Shown one piece after another: positions 1 through 13,122 of a stretch of DNA of 64,000 bases. The notes below the pieces were generated by a model. That model saw only the letters and a list, made by a program, of their open reading frames with translations, did not search any database and was not told the DNA's origin. The stretch comes from the human T2T-CHM13v2.0 reference genome, Homo sapiens: the NCBI RefSeq assembly GCF_009914755.1, contig NC_060947.1; one strand, given 5' to 3'. Position numbers and translations under genes: made by a program. Position 1 is the first letter of the stretch. Every line of letters starts with the position of its first letter.

Positions 1-204
1 ATGGTGAAAAAGTACATGAGAGAGAGTGAGGGGGACTAAACTCCCCTTTTATAACTCACTCCCATGTTAATGGCATTAATTCATCCATGACAGTGGTGCC
101 CCATAACCCAAACACCTCCCATTAAGCTCCACCTCCCACCACTGCCACATTGCAGATTAAGCTTCCAACACATGAACTTTGGGGGACACATTCAAACCAT
201 AGCA
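1..204 (-). mobile_element. MaLR LTR (MST/MLT1A-type), truncated by window edge
   Basis: Ends ...GAACTTTGGGGGACACATTCAAACCATAGCA, the reverse complement of the TGCTATGGTTTGAATGTGTCCCCCAAA MaLR LTR start. Confidence 0.8.
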
Positions 205-260
205 CACAGTAATTGGCACATGGTGGATACTCACTGAATATTTATCTAAGAAAAAATATG

Positions 261-1070
261 TTTTTTTCTTTTCAACTTTTATTTTAGGTTCAGGGGGTAC
301 ATGTTCAGGTTTGTTTCATGGGTATGTAATTGCATGTTGTTGGGGTTTGGTGTACAGATTATTTCATCACCTTGGTAATGAGCATAGTAGCCAATAGGTA
401 GTTTTTTGATCCTCACCTTTATCCCACCCTCAGCCGTCAAGTAGGCCCAGTGACTATTGTTTTCTTCTTTGTCTCTGTGTATACTCAATGTTTAGCTCCC
501 ACTTATAAGTGAGAACATACAGTATTTAGTTTTCTGTTCCGGAGTTAATTCACTTAGGATAATGGCTTCCATCTGCATCCATGTTGCTGCAAAGGACATA
601 ATTTAATTCTTTGTTTATGGCTGTGTATATGCCATGGTGTATATGTACCACATTTTCTTTATCCAGTCCACCATTATGGGCAGTTAGGCTGATTCCACAT
701 CTTTGTTATTGTGAATAGTGCTGCAATGAACATATACATGCATATGTCTTTATGGTAGAGCAATTTATATTCCTTTGGGTATATTCCCAGTAATGGGATT
801 TCTGGGTCAAATGGTAGTTCTGTATTAAGTTCTTTGAGAAATCTCCAAACTGCTTTCCACAGTGACTGAACTAATTTACACTCCCACCAGCAGTGTATAA
901 GCATTCCCTTTTCTCCACAACCTCACCAGCATCTGTTATTTTTTGACTTTTTAGTAATAGCCATTCTGACTGGGGTGAGATGGTATCTCACTGTGGTTTT
1001 GATTCGTATTTCTCTAATGATTAGTGGTATTGAGCATTTTTTCATATGCTTGTTGGCTGTGTGTATTTCT
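261..1070 (-). mobile_element. L1 3' end (old L1PA/L1PB type), 5'-truncated
   Basis: T-rich tail then L1 3'UTR; ORF 674..904(-) is the L1 ORF2 C-terminus ([21 protein letters not shown]); degenerate TSD TAAGAAAAA(A)TAT at 247-259 and TAAGAAAAACAT at 1071-1082. Confidence 0.95.
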
Positions 1071-3864
1071 TAAGAAAAACATCTTGATCTGTGTTCAAGG
1101 ATCATTGCATTTGGTTCTGGGAAAACATTAGAATCATTGGGATTTTATATTCAGCTTCCTTCAAAGAATGGACTAAGTGTTCTTTTTAGTTTTACGTAAC
1201 TGCAGACCGACTTGTTTAGTAGCCAATTACTACCCACAGTTAGAATATAATGGGGACTTTAAAACTCCCAGTCACCTCACAGAAATACCTGTCCAATCTC
1301 TTCCTCCTTATCTCTCATGGGCATTATAACCAAGGCTTCTGATATTTACATTTTTAATATTCTCATTATTTAAAACACTGTCAGATACAATATGACCACA
1401 ATCTGCTTGAAACCTTTAGTGGATCATTCATTTTATGCTATATTTTCAGATAAACGTAAGTTCTTTTAAAAAACCAAGAACACATAGCAAAGCAGAAACC
1501 CAACAAACATTTAGACACAAAACAAGAAAACTTCAGAGCTGGGGGCCACATGTCCTGAAGAATTTTTGTAAGAAAAAAATATTTGAGATAAACTATCTCT
1601 GTTGGTTTGCTGCCCAGCATTTTTCCCATTGGAGTTGCTATTGCACAAGATTGCAACAGTAGTTTGATCTTTGTCTTGATCTCAGTTATTTTTGGCCCCA
1701 GTGGGTTGGGATTATTTTCAATAACTGTGCTGGAAACAGCTCCATCAAGTCCCTCCTTTGTTTCATGCCACAGATCTTGACTGAAAATAGTACAATGGCT
1801 TCATTAGGGTCTATAAAAGGCTCATACCAGGAATCCTTGGGAAGCCACAATAGAACGATATTAAGGCTGTTTAGGAGGATGAAATGGGAACAACTATCCA
1901 CCAAAGGGTCAATTAAACATGCTTTTCCTCCTTTGCTAGAGCAAGTGAGTAACTGAGTCTCACCATTTGGGTCTGCTTCTTGCAAGAGCTTACATTGACT
2001 CAACCTACAGAGCACTATGCTGTAGCGTCATCGGACTTGATGCTTCATATAAGTACCACTGCTAAGTTCCCTTGAAGGAAAATGTTAAATTAAAACCAAC
2101 CCCATTGCCATTGTTTCTCAAAATAAAAAGAACCTGCTAAGTGAGACAACCACAACGTATCATCTCCTCCACTCTGCTTTTTGCCAGAATATTCTATTAA
2201 CTAAGCAATATTCACAACCTTGTCAGGAGTCCATATTACAGTCCATAGACTTAATTGGGATCATACAGAGAGAATGGCAAATGTGGGTTTCGTTTCTCAG
2301 GGGCTTGGGATTATTGCAAAGAGGGTCATACAGTGTGGACTAGGATTGAGGGAGCTGTGCATGGGGAGGCAGGCAGCTCCAAAGCAAGATCCACTGCAGC
2401 CTAGAGTATCTTGATCTGTTTGGCTTTTGCTTATATGTTAGAATTTTAGAAATTTTTAAATCATAAGCCAGAAAAAAATCTTTAAAATAATGCCCTTGAT
2501 ATTTCAATAAAATGCCTGAGACTCAAAGAGGTACAGCAACTAGATGTGAGACTCAAGGTCATACAGCTGAGTTGTGATTGACCCGTGCCTATTTGTTCAT
2601 GCTCAAGAAATATTTTTGGTAGCTAATGGTAGCTGCTGAAAAGATTTGTGTGAATGAGGGTTAGCTGCTGGCAGCAGCTTCAGAACGAGATTTTGAGGGA
2701 AGTAATTCTCAAACTATATTCTATCACCTTGTGTGAAAATTTCACTCGAAAGTAGACACAACAACATAGAGATAAAATTATGTTATCATTACAGTCAGCA
2801 TCAGACAATGAGAAATCCTCCTAAATCAATTGTGGGGCAAGGACCCATGCAGGGTTCAATTCTTGGGTGCCATTCTTAACGGTACAAGCTATGGATGTCA
2901 CTAGGTTTTTACCCCTGCTTGATGCAAGAGTAGGAAGTATTGCTAAAATATTTGAGCTGATCCACATATCTTGAACTCATGCAATTTAATCAATGAGAGC
3001 TCATTTCAACATTCATCATGTCAATTAACAAGTCATTAATTTCACCAATAAAGCCCCTTTCTGATATTTGCTATCCTCATTAGCAAAACCTAGGTGATCT
3101 AGATAGCAGAAATGGGTATAAGAAGAGCCTCTAAAAGGTGGCTTTCCTGCTGAGAATACCCACAGACCAGCCCTGGGACGTGCACGCTTGACTAGCATCT
3201 GGGCTAGTGCTTAACCTAAATTTGACACATGAGATGTCCCTCTGTAATTGGTGAAGTTTTCAAGTAAATTTCAGACATTATAACAAACTTCTTAGGGGTG
3301 AAATATGAACTGGAAACCAGGTTATCTGACTTCCATTCCAAAATCTTTTCCAAAAACCACCTGCCTCTCTTATAACAATTAAAAAAAAAAAAAAACAGAA
3401 AGCTGCTAAACATATGCCAGAAAGGATGCCAAAATACTAAATCATGCATGTCCATGAAATTGGGATTCTCTGAAACTGATTCTTAGGAATCCAGACTGGG
3501 GTGTCCTACAACTTCTAAAAAGGAGTGTGTTTCAGAGCTGAGAACCCACCTCCACAGAGTCCCATAGAGTCATCAGCAGACACACACAGGGTGACCTTTC
3601 AGCATCACAGTGCTGAGACTCTACAGAAAACTTGATCTTGCCCACAAGGTGATTTTACCTTCTGGCTTGAGTGGACCTCTGGGGTGTGGTGAGATGGACC
3701 CATAATAGGCACTGAATACTTATCAAGTTGAATTGTGCTGAAACTCCAGTTCTTCCCCTAGGAGACTGGGGGGCGGGGCAGGGAGAGATTCTGGAAATAT
3801 CCATGGGGCACTGATTTAAGTTTAGAATTGTTTGGGGTTCTATCCTCTAAGATTTTGTGTAATC

Positions 3865-4021
3865 CAGTGATTCTTGCCCTTGGCTTCCTGTTAGATCTCT
3901 TGAGGAGCTTATTGAACTAAGCTAGAATGATTAAATCAATCCCTGGAGGTGGGGTCCAGGCATCAGTATTTTCTTTCAAGGGTCTCAGATGGTTTGAATC
4001 TGCAGCCAGGGTTGAGACCCA
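3865..4021. mobile_element. MER5B-like hAT-Charlie MITE
   Basis: CAGTGATTCTT start, GGGGTCCAGGCATCAGTATTTT, TGCAGCCAGGGTTGAGACC end. Confidence 0.7.
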
Positions 4022-4032
4022 ATCGTCTAATC

Positions 4033-4194
4033 CAATGTCTCTCAAACCATAATGTGCAGGCCACCTGAGGATCTTCTTAGAATATAGATTCTGATTCAGC
4101 AGCTCTGGAGTGGAGCCTGAGAGTCTGCATTTCTAACAAACTCACAGGTGATGCTTATGCTGCTGGTCCACAGACCACATTGTGAGCAGCAAGG
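4033..4194. mobile_element. MER5A-like hAT-Charlie MITE
   Basis: GATTCTGATTCAGCAG...TGCATTTCTAACAAACTCACAGGTGATGC...GCTGCTGGTCCACAGACCACA. Confidence 0.85.
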
Positions 4195-5750
4195 GTTTAA
4201 TTTCTACCCAAAGGGTTTTTAGAGCCAAACCATTAAAGCAAAATCTGGGATGGGCCAAGATGATCTAACTCATAATGCATCCTTCTGGAGAATGCGAGGA
4301 ATACAGCTTCAGTGTGACTGTGAAGCAAATAAAATGGTTAAACACCTAAACGTTTTGTAAAAACTAGACTTCGACTTCCCATAGACTTGCCTTAAATGTT
4401 TAGAAGATTTTTCAAATCACAAAAATAGCATGGCTCTCATTCCAAAGAGCTCACCGTCTAATGTACTCAAAAATTTTAAAAAGAATTGTCTCTCCATTCC
4501 CTGTTTCTTGTCCCCTTTATATTTATTGATTGCCTTGAATCTCACTGCCTCTGTAGTTAGCCTGCCAGAGTACAATACCTGTGTTTGGTGTTGTTTTTGC
4601 AGCTCTAGCTTAAGCCAATTAATTGCACAATCCAGGGAGGGTGCAGAAGAAGCTGCGTCACCAACAACCAGCAGGTCTGCAAATAGCATAGGCAGCTGGA
4701 AAGGAAAGGGCAATCTTTAAATGTAAACAAAGGAATAGGCTGGGGCTCATTGAGTGGCCTTTTCACTACACCTGCATAAGCGGATAGTGACTGACATCAG
4801 TTACAGCAGCTTGATTCTGAAGGATGAGCGAGAGAATTTTGCAAACTCAGAAAGAAAAGAAAGCCCAAGCCACTACCCACAGAGCCCAAGGTGCGAGCGC
4901 CTGTGAATTATGTTATCAGCTGCACAGCAGGACTGCAGAAAGCACAAACTATGAACAATATATAAATTACAGGGGTCATTCTATGAGCGGATCAAGTGCA
5001 ATTAAAATGCAAAAGACTTTTCTTTTTACCTGACTCAAAAAATGTTGCAACCTCTCTGGATCACACAAGAGGGCCTTCAGTTGTCCGGAAGAGCGTAAAG
5101 TAGAGCAGGGGGAGAAAAACCTGATTACTGCACTCAAAAAGGCTAACGTGCAATTTGTGCTCTTTTTATGTAGATTAAATGCATTGACTGCAGCTTGTAC
5201 CGCGTAGATACGCAGCAGGGAGTCAAAAGCTTGGGTATCAGTCAACCACAGCCAGCAGCTGAACCACGGAGCCAAATCTGTTATTGTGCCTTGGATGAGA
5301 CACTTAATCTAATCTAATGGGAGCAAACCCCCCTGGACAAATAAAAGGGCATTACCAGCAGCAATGGTAGCTGTAATGTTAAGGAAAAGCACCAAATATT
5401 TTTTATGATAACATAATTAATGACTTCTTCAGTCTCCTGCTTGGTCCTTAAAAATCCTGCCTTTCAGCTCACAGTGGCTTGTCTCACACCCTGATGGAGA
5501 ATCTCACAATGTATTAGAAGGCAGCAGTCTGCTTTCTTCCTGTCTCAGGAAGCCATGTGTCCTAGGCATATCACAATCACAAAAATGTGGGTTTTCTGCA
5601 CCCTGAAGTAGAGAGAAAACACTATTGGGTTTTAATGAATTTGCCTATTAAAGAAAACAATAGTGTGACAAGGGGTAGGAAGAAAGAAGACGATGAAACT
5701 CAGGATTTAGGGCTCCCGGGACAGGTACTATAGACATTTAAGACAGGAGA

Positions 5751-6060
5751 GGCTGGGGGCGGTGGCTCACACCTGTAATCCCAGCACTTTGGAAGGCCAA
5801 GGCAGATGGATGGCTTGAGCCCAAGAGTTCAAGACCAGCCTGGGCAACACGGCAAAACCCCGGCTCTACAGAAATGACAAAAAAAATTAGCCGGGCATGG
5901 TGGCATGTGCCTGTAGTCCCAGCTACTTAGGAGGCTGAGGTGAGAGAATCAACTGAGCCCAGGAGGTCGAGGCTGCAATGAGCCTTGATCGCACCACTGC
6001 ACTCCATCCTGGGTGACAGAGTGAGACCCTGTCTCAAAAGAAAAAGAGAAAAAAAAAAAA
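5751..6060 (+). mobile_element. AluJ, full length
   Basis: Dimeric Alu with J-type TTGAGCCCAAGAGTTC and GAGGCTGCAATGAGC; A tail; degenerate TSD AAGACAGGAGA / AAGACCAGAGA. Confidence 0.95.
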
Positions 6061-6304
6061 GACCAGAGAAAATTGGAGACGAGGATCACAAAATACACCA
6101 ACAGAGTATTGAAACTGGAATTAATCTTGGAAAACATGAAATCCAATCTGCCCTCATTCAGGAATTGATTCTACAGAGTTCCAATCAGGTTTGGAGACTA
6201 CTCCCAGTTAAAAGGAACCCCTTTCCAGAAGCTACCCTTCTAGAATGTATTCCCTTCAATTCCCAAGTCACCACACAGGATCCTTTAGTTAAGTGCATCT
6301 CTTA

Positions 6305-6420
6305 CTTTGAAGTGCGTACAAATATCCTAGAATCTTGTTAAAATAAAGATTCTTATTCAGTAGGTCTGGGGTGGGGTGTGCCAATGCTGCTGGTCCATGA
6401 ACCAAGCTTCGAAAAAAGCT
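6305..6420. mobile_element. MER5A-like fragment
   Basis: AATCTTGTTAAAAT...GATTCTTATTCAGTAGGTCTGGGGTGGGG...GCTGCTGGTCC. Confidence 0.65.
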
Positions 6421-6688
6421 ATGGTTATCTGCCCATATCCCAAATCAAGCCTAAATTTGTTAGCTTGGGTGAGTCTGGTGCTAAGAAGGCCAAGAATTCT
6501 GAATTTATCCTCATGTGGTGCTTTTTCCTTCATGATCACAGCTCTAACCCTGATCAACAACCTCACACTTGGTCTATGGCCACCACCCCTAGAAAAGCAA
6601 AGCCAGGTAGGTCAGTTTCCTGCACAATGGAAGGCCTCTTATTGCAGAAGCTTCTCTGAATGACAGACATGTAGCCATTTTGCCAAAC

Positions 6689-7221
6689 ATATTAGTTATC
6701 TATTACTGGTAACAAATCACCCTGAAACTTGGTGCCTTAAAACAATAAACATTTATTACCTTCCAAAACTTCTGTGGATCAGGAATTTAAGAGCAGCTTG
6801 GCCAGATGGTTCTGGCTTGAGATTTCCCAAAGCAATATAGCCAAATGTTGGCCAAAGCTGCAGTTATCTGCAGCCTTCACTTGGGCTGGACAGTCTCCTT
6901 CCAAGGTGGCCCATTCCCATAGCTGGCAAATTGGTGCTGGTGAGAGACCTCAGATCCTTTCCATGTGGTTCTCTCCACAGGGCTGCCTGAACGTCCTCAT
7001 GGCATGAAGACTGGCTTCTCCCAAAGTGAATGACCTAAGAGACCAAGACATAAGTTGCACTCTTTATGACTGATCCTCTGCAGTCACACAATGGACACTT
7101 CTGCCATATTCTATTGGTCACACAGACCAGCCATGAATTCAGTGTGGGAGGAGACTACACAGGGTCTGAATACCAAAAGGCAAGGATCACTGTGGGCCAC
7201 CTTGGAGGCTGGCAACCCACA
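6689..7221 (-). mobile_element. MLT1 (F/G/H-type) MaLR solo LTR
   Basis: TATTAGTTATCTATT...AACAAATCACCCTGAAACTT...TCAGGAATTT...GGCCACCTTGGAGGCTGGCAACCCACA. Confidence 0.8.
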
Positions 7222-7359
7222 CCAAATTAACCATGGCTCCCTACTCTCTCTGCAAACCATGCTGACTGAGGTCAATAGCCCACTGAACACTCCAAGCCAT
7301 ACTCTACTAGCCTATGTGTCTGTTCTCACTGCGTAAGCTCTACTTACTTACTGCAAGTC

Positions 7360-7900
7360 GATTGTGTTTGCTCCCAAACCTCTTTATGACAATTATTCCG
7401 GTTGCACTTGTTATTAAAACTTAGTAATTTATACAAAGTGTGAATTGATGAAATACGAATGCAAAAAGTTTTTTCTATGGAAATTAAGTTGAAAATTTTG
7501 GAAAGATTTGATAGTAGCAGATAGCTAGAAATGCTGTTAAATTATGTGTGTGCCAAACAATTGTAAAAGATTGAAAAAAATCATCTAAAAATTGGGGGGA
7601 TTATGCACTGAGCTTGCTTCACAAGTGTCTTGCTCCACTTTCAAGAAACTACAACTGGAAATTATAGACAGTGCATTTTAAGTATGGCTCATGCAAAAAG
7701 GAAAACCCACAACTCCTATCAGCAGATTTGTATTCAAAGAAAATGACTTGGACGCACATCAAAAGCTTAGTGAATGAATGTATATTTACATGTTTTAAGT
7801 TAACTAGAATGTTTAATGATTGTGTGTACCACTTTTCAAAAATAATTCTCTGCTTTACTTATTTTTTAACTAACCAACCAAATCCAGGCTCCCCACAATT
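7360..7900 (+). mobile_element. Tigger (TcMar-pogo; Tigger13a-like) element with decayed transposase N-terminus
   Basis: Interrupted translation from 7477: MEIKLKILERFD...LCVCQTIVKD*...STFKKLQLEIIDSAF*VWLMQK...TPISRFVFKENDLDAHQK, i.e. CENP-B/pogo double helix-turn-helix with stops and frameshifts. Confidence 0.8.
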
Positions 7901-8384
7901 TTTAAATGTTTTTTTCCATCTTTTACAATTGTTTGGCACACACGTAATTCAACAGCATTTCCAGCTACCTGCTACTATTGAATCTCTCAAAAATTTCAAC
8001 TTAATTTCCATAGAAACAACTTTTGCATTCATATTTTGTCGATTCACATGTTGTATAAATTACTTAGGTTTAAGAAATCAGGCTCAGATGGATGGGTATG
8101 AAAGCACGCATTGCAATTGGGAAATTGTTCCAGGGCCTGGCACTTTTGTAAGAAGTAGGAAGAAAGGATAGAGCTAGAGATAAGGAGGGGTTTAATCGCC
8201 TGGTTTTAGAAAGTTCTGAGGCTGAAAGACAATTTGTCTGCAACCTCATCTACTTGCTACCAACAGGGTGGGGCCACAGCTGCCCTATTCTACCCATGCC
8301 TTGGGCTTCATAATGTCTTTTCCCTTTCAAGGCAGCTTGCCATCTATTTTAACCTGATTTCACTTGCATGCAATGGTTAGGAAG

Positions 8385-8813
8385 CAATATGGCTTGCTGG
8401 CCACCAAAACTTTATGCTCTGCTTTCCGTGGTGTGGAGTTGTTGCTAGGAAATGGTTTCACAGACAGGAACTACATTCTCCAGCCCAGCTTCCATCCAGA
8501 TGTGGTCGTGCAATCAGTTCTCATTGATGAAATATGACTGGAAGTGATGGCCAGCACTTCCAGGCTAAGATTTCAAAGAAGCTGTTGTACCTTAGTAGTG
8601 GTCTTTCTCCTGCTGGCTGAATGCACAGGGCTCTGAGGTTCTGAAGGACAGTAGAGCTACCAGGTAGAAGAAACCTGGGTCCCTGAATTACCGCCTGTGA
8701 GCAAGTCACTCACTTGCTGTCCAGGAACACCTACAAGAGAAAATTTCAGTGTCAAGACACTGAAATTCAGAGCATTGTTATAGTAGCTAGTGTTATGTCC
8801 CTTTGACCAATAC
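8385..8813 (+). mobile_element. MLT1I/J-type MaLR solo LTR
   Basis: ACTACATTCTCCAGCC...GGAAGTGATG...GAAACCTGGGTCCCTGAAT...TGACCAATACA end. Confidence 0.75.
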
Positions 8814-8896
8814 AGGGGCTGCTTACCCTGAGGCTTGCCCTTCTTTCTTCCTCCTTCTTCTGTCCCCCTTCCTCCTCCTACACCAGCATCTTCTGT

Positions 8897-8955
8897 TTCA
8901 ATGGGATATGAGCTATAGTATGTACTTCAATGAGGTATGAGCTATATAGTATGTA
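8897..8955 (+). repeat. Imperfect ~29-bp tandem duplication
   Basis: TTCAATGGGATATGAGCTATAGTATGTAC followed by TTCAATGAGGTATGAGCTATATAGTATGTA. Confidence 0.8.
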
Positions 8956-8984
8956 TAGTATATGCTTCTGTAGTATGATCTATG

Positions 8985-9125
8985 GATTCTTAACCTGAGG
9001 CATCTGTACAATTAATTACCTGCAAAAGGTTGTCTATAGGTGCATTTTTCTGGGAAGAAGGTCCACTGATTTTGTGAGCTTCTCATAGAAGCCTGGGAGC
9101 CCCCCAAAGTGTTATGAAGTGTTCC
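8985..9125. mobile_element. Old hAT-Charlie MITE fragment
   Basis: TTCTTAACCTGAGG start; TTTTCTGGGAAGAAGGTCCA...CTTCTCA...CCCCAAAGTGTTATGAAG resembles Charlie-type ends. Confidence 0.45.
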
Positions 9126-9143
9126 TCTAAGAGATTCTCCTTT

Positions 9144-9491
<348 letters not shown>

Positions 9492-10413
9492 TTATTCCTA
9501 ATTTAATCTATGACCTTAATTCATGCTATGATTTAGAGATCTGAATATCTGTGGGTAATCAATAGATGCAGATGAAAGTGAAAGCCAAAGTAAAGGGCTC
9601 TAGTTGGGTTGTGCATGCAAATGGAGAGGTACATTGTGGTTGGGATAGAATGGTGGCCTGAGGAAGATGAATGAAAGCCCCCTCTGGGATTTTTAAAGTA
9701 GCTGCCCTTCTCCTTTTGCAGTAAGTATAGCCCCAAAGTGTCTCCTAGTGACCTCAGAGAGCTACCATATTCATTTCCATTAGCCTAATTTACAGCCTCA
9801 ACTAAGGAGATCCTGTTTTTGTATATTGTGAGAAGTCATAGCTCAAGTCACATGTCCCGAGGAGTTTATGTCCAGCAAAACTGCCTTACTTCTAGGGAAG
9901 TAAAAAAATAAATAAATAAAATGGCCTGGAGGATTCTGAAAGAAACTGGAAGTATGAGACCATGTATCATGCTTGTTCCAAGTGTTGAAAATTAATGGGT
10001 GGAAATTAAGGGTCTCCAGGGAGTCCATTATTCATAGGAAGGTGTCTAGTCTTTCCCAAGGCTGGGAATGACCTGAATTCTAAGCCAAGGGTTGACATAG
10101 AGCTTCCCATTTTACTTGGTGTCTTTTAATAGAGCAGATATAAATACATCACTTTCATCTTGAAGGAGTGTGGAGAATTATGGCGCCACCACACCAAGGT
10201 CCTTTCCCCAAGAAGCAGGCATGCAGGTAGGAGGTAGAAATGTTTATCCAAGCAGGATACGGGAGTATTCATCTTTCAGGATTCCCCTTGCTCATGCTTT
10301 TGACTAGGGTCTGTGGATATTTTCTCTTGTTGCCCCATTTTTAGACAAGTTTTCATATACTTTGTTCCTTGGACATTCTAGACCTTGGTCTAAACCTTGG
10401 ACTTTGGTCCAAC

Positions 10414-10568
10414 CCAGTGGTTCTCAATGTATAATCCCCAGACCAGCAGCACCAACAAATTCTTGGGCCCCATCTGCTGAATCAGACCCTCTGAGGATGG
10501 GGCCAAACAATACATTTTAACAAGCCCTCCTGGTCATTCTGACACATGCTCAAGTGTGAGAACCGTTG
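10414..10568. mobile_element. MER5A
   Basis: CAGTGGTTCTCAA...CAGACCAGCAGC...CTGAATCAGA...TTTTAACAAGCCCTCC...GTGTGAGAACC. Confidence 0.85.
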
Positions 10569-11274
10569 GACAAACCTCTACCAAGAGTTTGTCCTTTGCT
10601 GCCTGAACTTGACCCATGCAGTCTCTTAGTAGATCCACATTAAGTTCCCTTCGAGACTGAAATGGTGTAAGCAGCTTCAGAGACATTTTGGGTTTTTGAG
10701 TGTTTGGGTTTTGTTTTTGTTTTGGCTATTACTGAGATAATGATGCTGTGTTTAGCTCACGTAAGAACAACACAGCAGAAAAAAATAGCTTCTGGAAAAT
10801 TAATGTTTTTGTATACTATGAGATGCAGGCATTCTTGGGTCTCCTTTTTCCCCAGGTATTCCTGAGGTGTTGGTTCCCTCTAAGTTGTAATGTGTGGGAA
10901 GACCTGCCGGGTACACACAACCTGTCTCATCTTGATCTGGCACTGCAGAAAAGATATTTATCTCCAGCTGAAAGACAGCCTGATAATCTCTCTTACTTTA
11001 ATCTACTCCTTTACATTATGTAGCTTCAAATACTCATGTTTGCCTTCAGAGTTTATTAGCGGGAAGGCTGCTTCTTAATGCTCAGAGCTGTAAAGCAATT
11101 ATTTGATACAGAAGTCATTGCCTGGCAACCTATGCCACTCACAGCCGCCTGCCCTATTTGAGGTGTTCTCCTCGTTCTTCCTCTTCTTTTCCTCATCTCA
11201 TGACCATTTCACTTTCTTCCTCTTTTTTTCCTCCATTTTCTTCCTTTTACTCTATGCTCAAAACATTCTAAGAC

Positions 11275-11450
11275 TGTACTTTTCAACCTTTATTTTGAAT
11301 CATCTGGAGTTCTTGTTTAAAATGCAAATTGCTACGTCCCACTCTCTCTAGACACTGAATCAGCATCAGGGAGTGCAGCCCAGGAATCTGCCTTTTCAAC
11401 ACGTGCCCCCCACCCCCACCACCATGATTCTAAGACTTACTGGATCACTG
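11275..11450. mobile_element. MER5-family fragment
   Basis: GAATCATCTGGAG...TTTAAAATGCAAATT...CTGAATCAG...GCCCAGGAATCTGC. Confidence 0.65.
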
Positions 11451-11742
11451 TTCCAAGGTCTCTGAAGATTGCCAGCTCTGGAATGTCTTAGGACTTGGGA
11501 TAGCATTCTGTTCTACAGAGTCTGAAGTGGGCTGAGCGACTTGTCTAGCTGCATTGGCTTGCAGTCACCTGGCTTCACTGTGGTCTCTATGTTTATTCAA
11601 AGTGGCTTTGGAGGAAGGCTGATGGAAATTACGGAGGTACTAAAGTCTCCCTCCACAACCCCCAATCCCACAGCCATGCCATATGATAGTATTACTCTCC
11701 TACCCACCACTCTCAAAAAGATGCTGAAACCCAAAGTGATCA

Positions 11743-12237
<495 letters not shown>

Positions 12238-12329
12238 CTACTCTCCCCACACTGAACTTAGGGACTGAAGAATCTTCCTAGGGTGGAGCAGAATGCCCTC
12301 CCTGTGCTTGTGAGCTCCTGTAGCAAATC

Positions 12330-13122
12330 CTATTGGCACCCTTGCATATCCTCCTCCCTCTACATTCAGGCTGCCAACTGAAAAACATCCATAACTCTCT
12401 TCGAGGATGCACTTGGCTGGTGCTCAGGGCAAGATGGAAATGCTGTAGAGTTAATGTCCCTGGAAGCAGCCCTCAAACAATGACAGATGTGAGATTTGAT
12501 GGAGAAATAGCCCAGCTTCCTCATCCCTCTAGGAGGATAACTCTGGAGTGAATTCAGCCATCCTCCAGAGTCCCCAAAGGAATTGCTCCGCAGGAGTCCA
12601 TAGTGGGAACTTGCCTATTACACATGAAGTAGCAGCTTCCTTCTCTCTCCTTCTCCACTTTCCAACCAGCATCTCCCAAGACCACCTTCCAAATAAACAA
12701 CAGCAGCTCCCCCTTATCCACAGTTTTGCTTTCAGAGCTTGGTTTCAGTTACCTGAGGTCAACCACAGTCCAAAAACTTTAAATGAAAAGTTCCAGAAAT
12801 AAACAATTCATGAGTTTTACATTGCGTGCTGTTCTGAGTGTGATAAAATCTTGTGCTGTCTTCTCTGTCCTGTTGAGGACATGAATCTTCTCTTTGTCCA
12901 GAGTCTCCACGCTGTAGATGCTCCCCACCTGTGAGTCTCTTAGCTGGCTCAGGGATCCAATCCAAAAATAACATAAATTATATAGGGTTTGGCACTATCT
13001 GCAGTTTCAGGCATCCAGTGGGGGAATCTTGGAACGTATCCCCCTCAGATAAGGAGGTACTACTATACTTGCATTTGAATCTTTGTCTCTGGATCTGCTT
13101 CTGAGGGCACCCAAACCCTGGC
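12330..13122 (+). mobile_element. LTR16-type ERVL solo LTR, split by MER44A
   Basis: GAGTTAATGTCCCTGGAAGCAGCCCTCAAACAATGAC...CCAAATAAAC[insert]TACTTGCATTTGAATCTTTGTCTCTGGATCTGCTTCTG. Confidence 0.8.
12701..13065. mobile_element. MER44A-like Tigger MITE
   Basis: Terminal inverted repeats CAGCAGCTCCCCCTTATCC / GATAAGGAGGTACTACTA followed by TA; internal AAAGTTCCAGAAATAAACAATTCAT. Confidence 0.88.

Noticed and set aside
674-904. ORF with clear protein similarity
   Set aside because: L1 ORF2 C-terminal remnant in a 5'-truncated element, not a host gene (same for 16697..16879 and 56505..56699)
4417-4720. Antiparallel ~97-aa ORFs
   Set aside because: No recognisable domain or splice context; length is within chance expectation
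7671-8171. Longest ORF in the window (166 aa)
   Set aside because: Non-ATG start, begins inside a decayed Tigger element in a frame different from the transposase remnant, AT-rich composition, no recognisable domain
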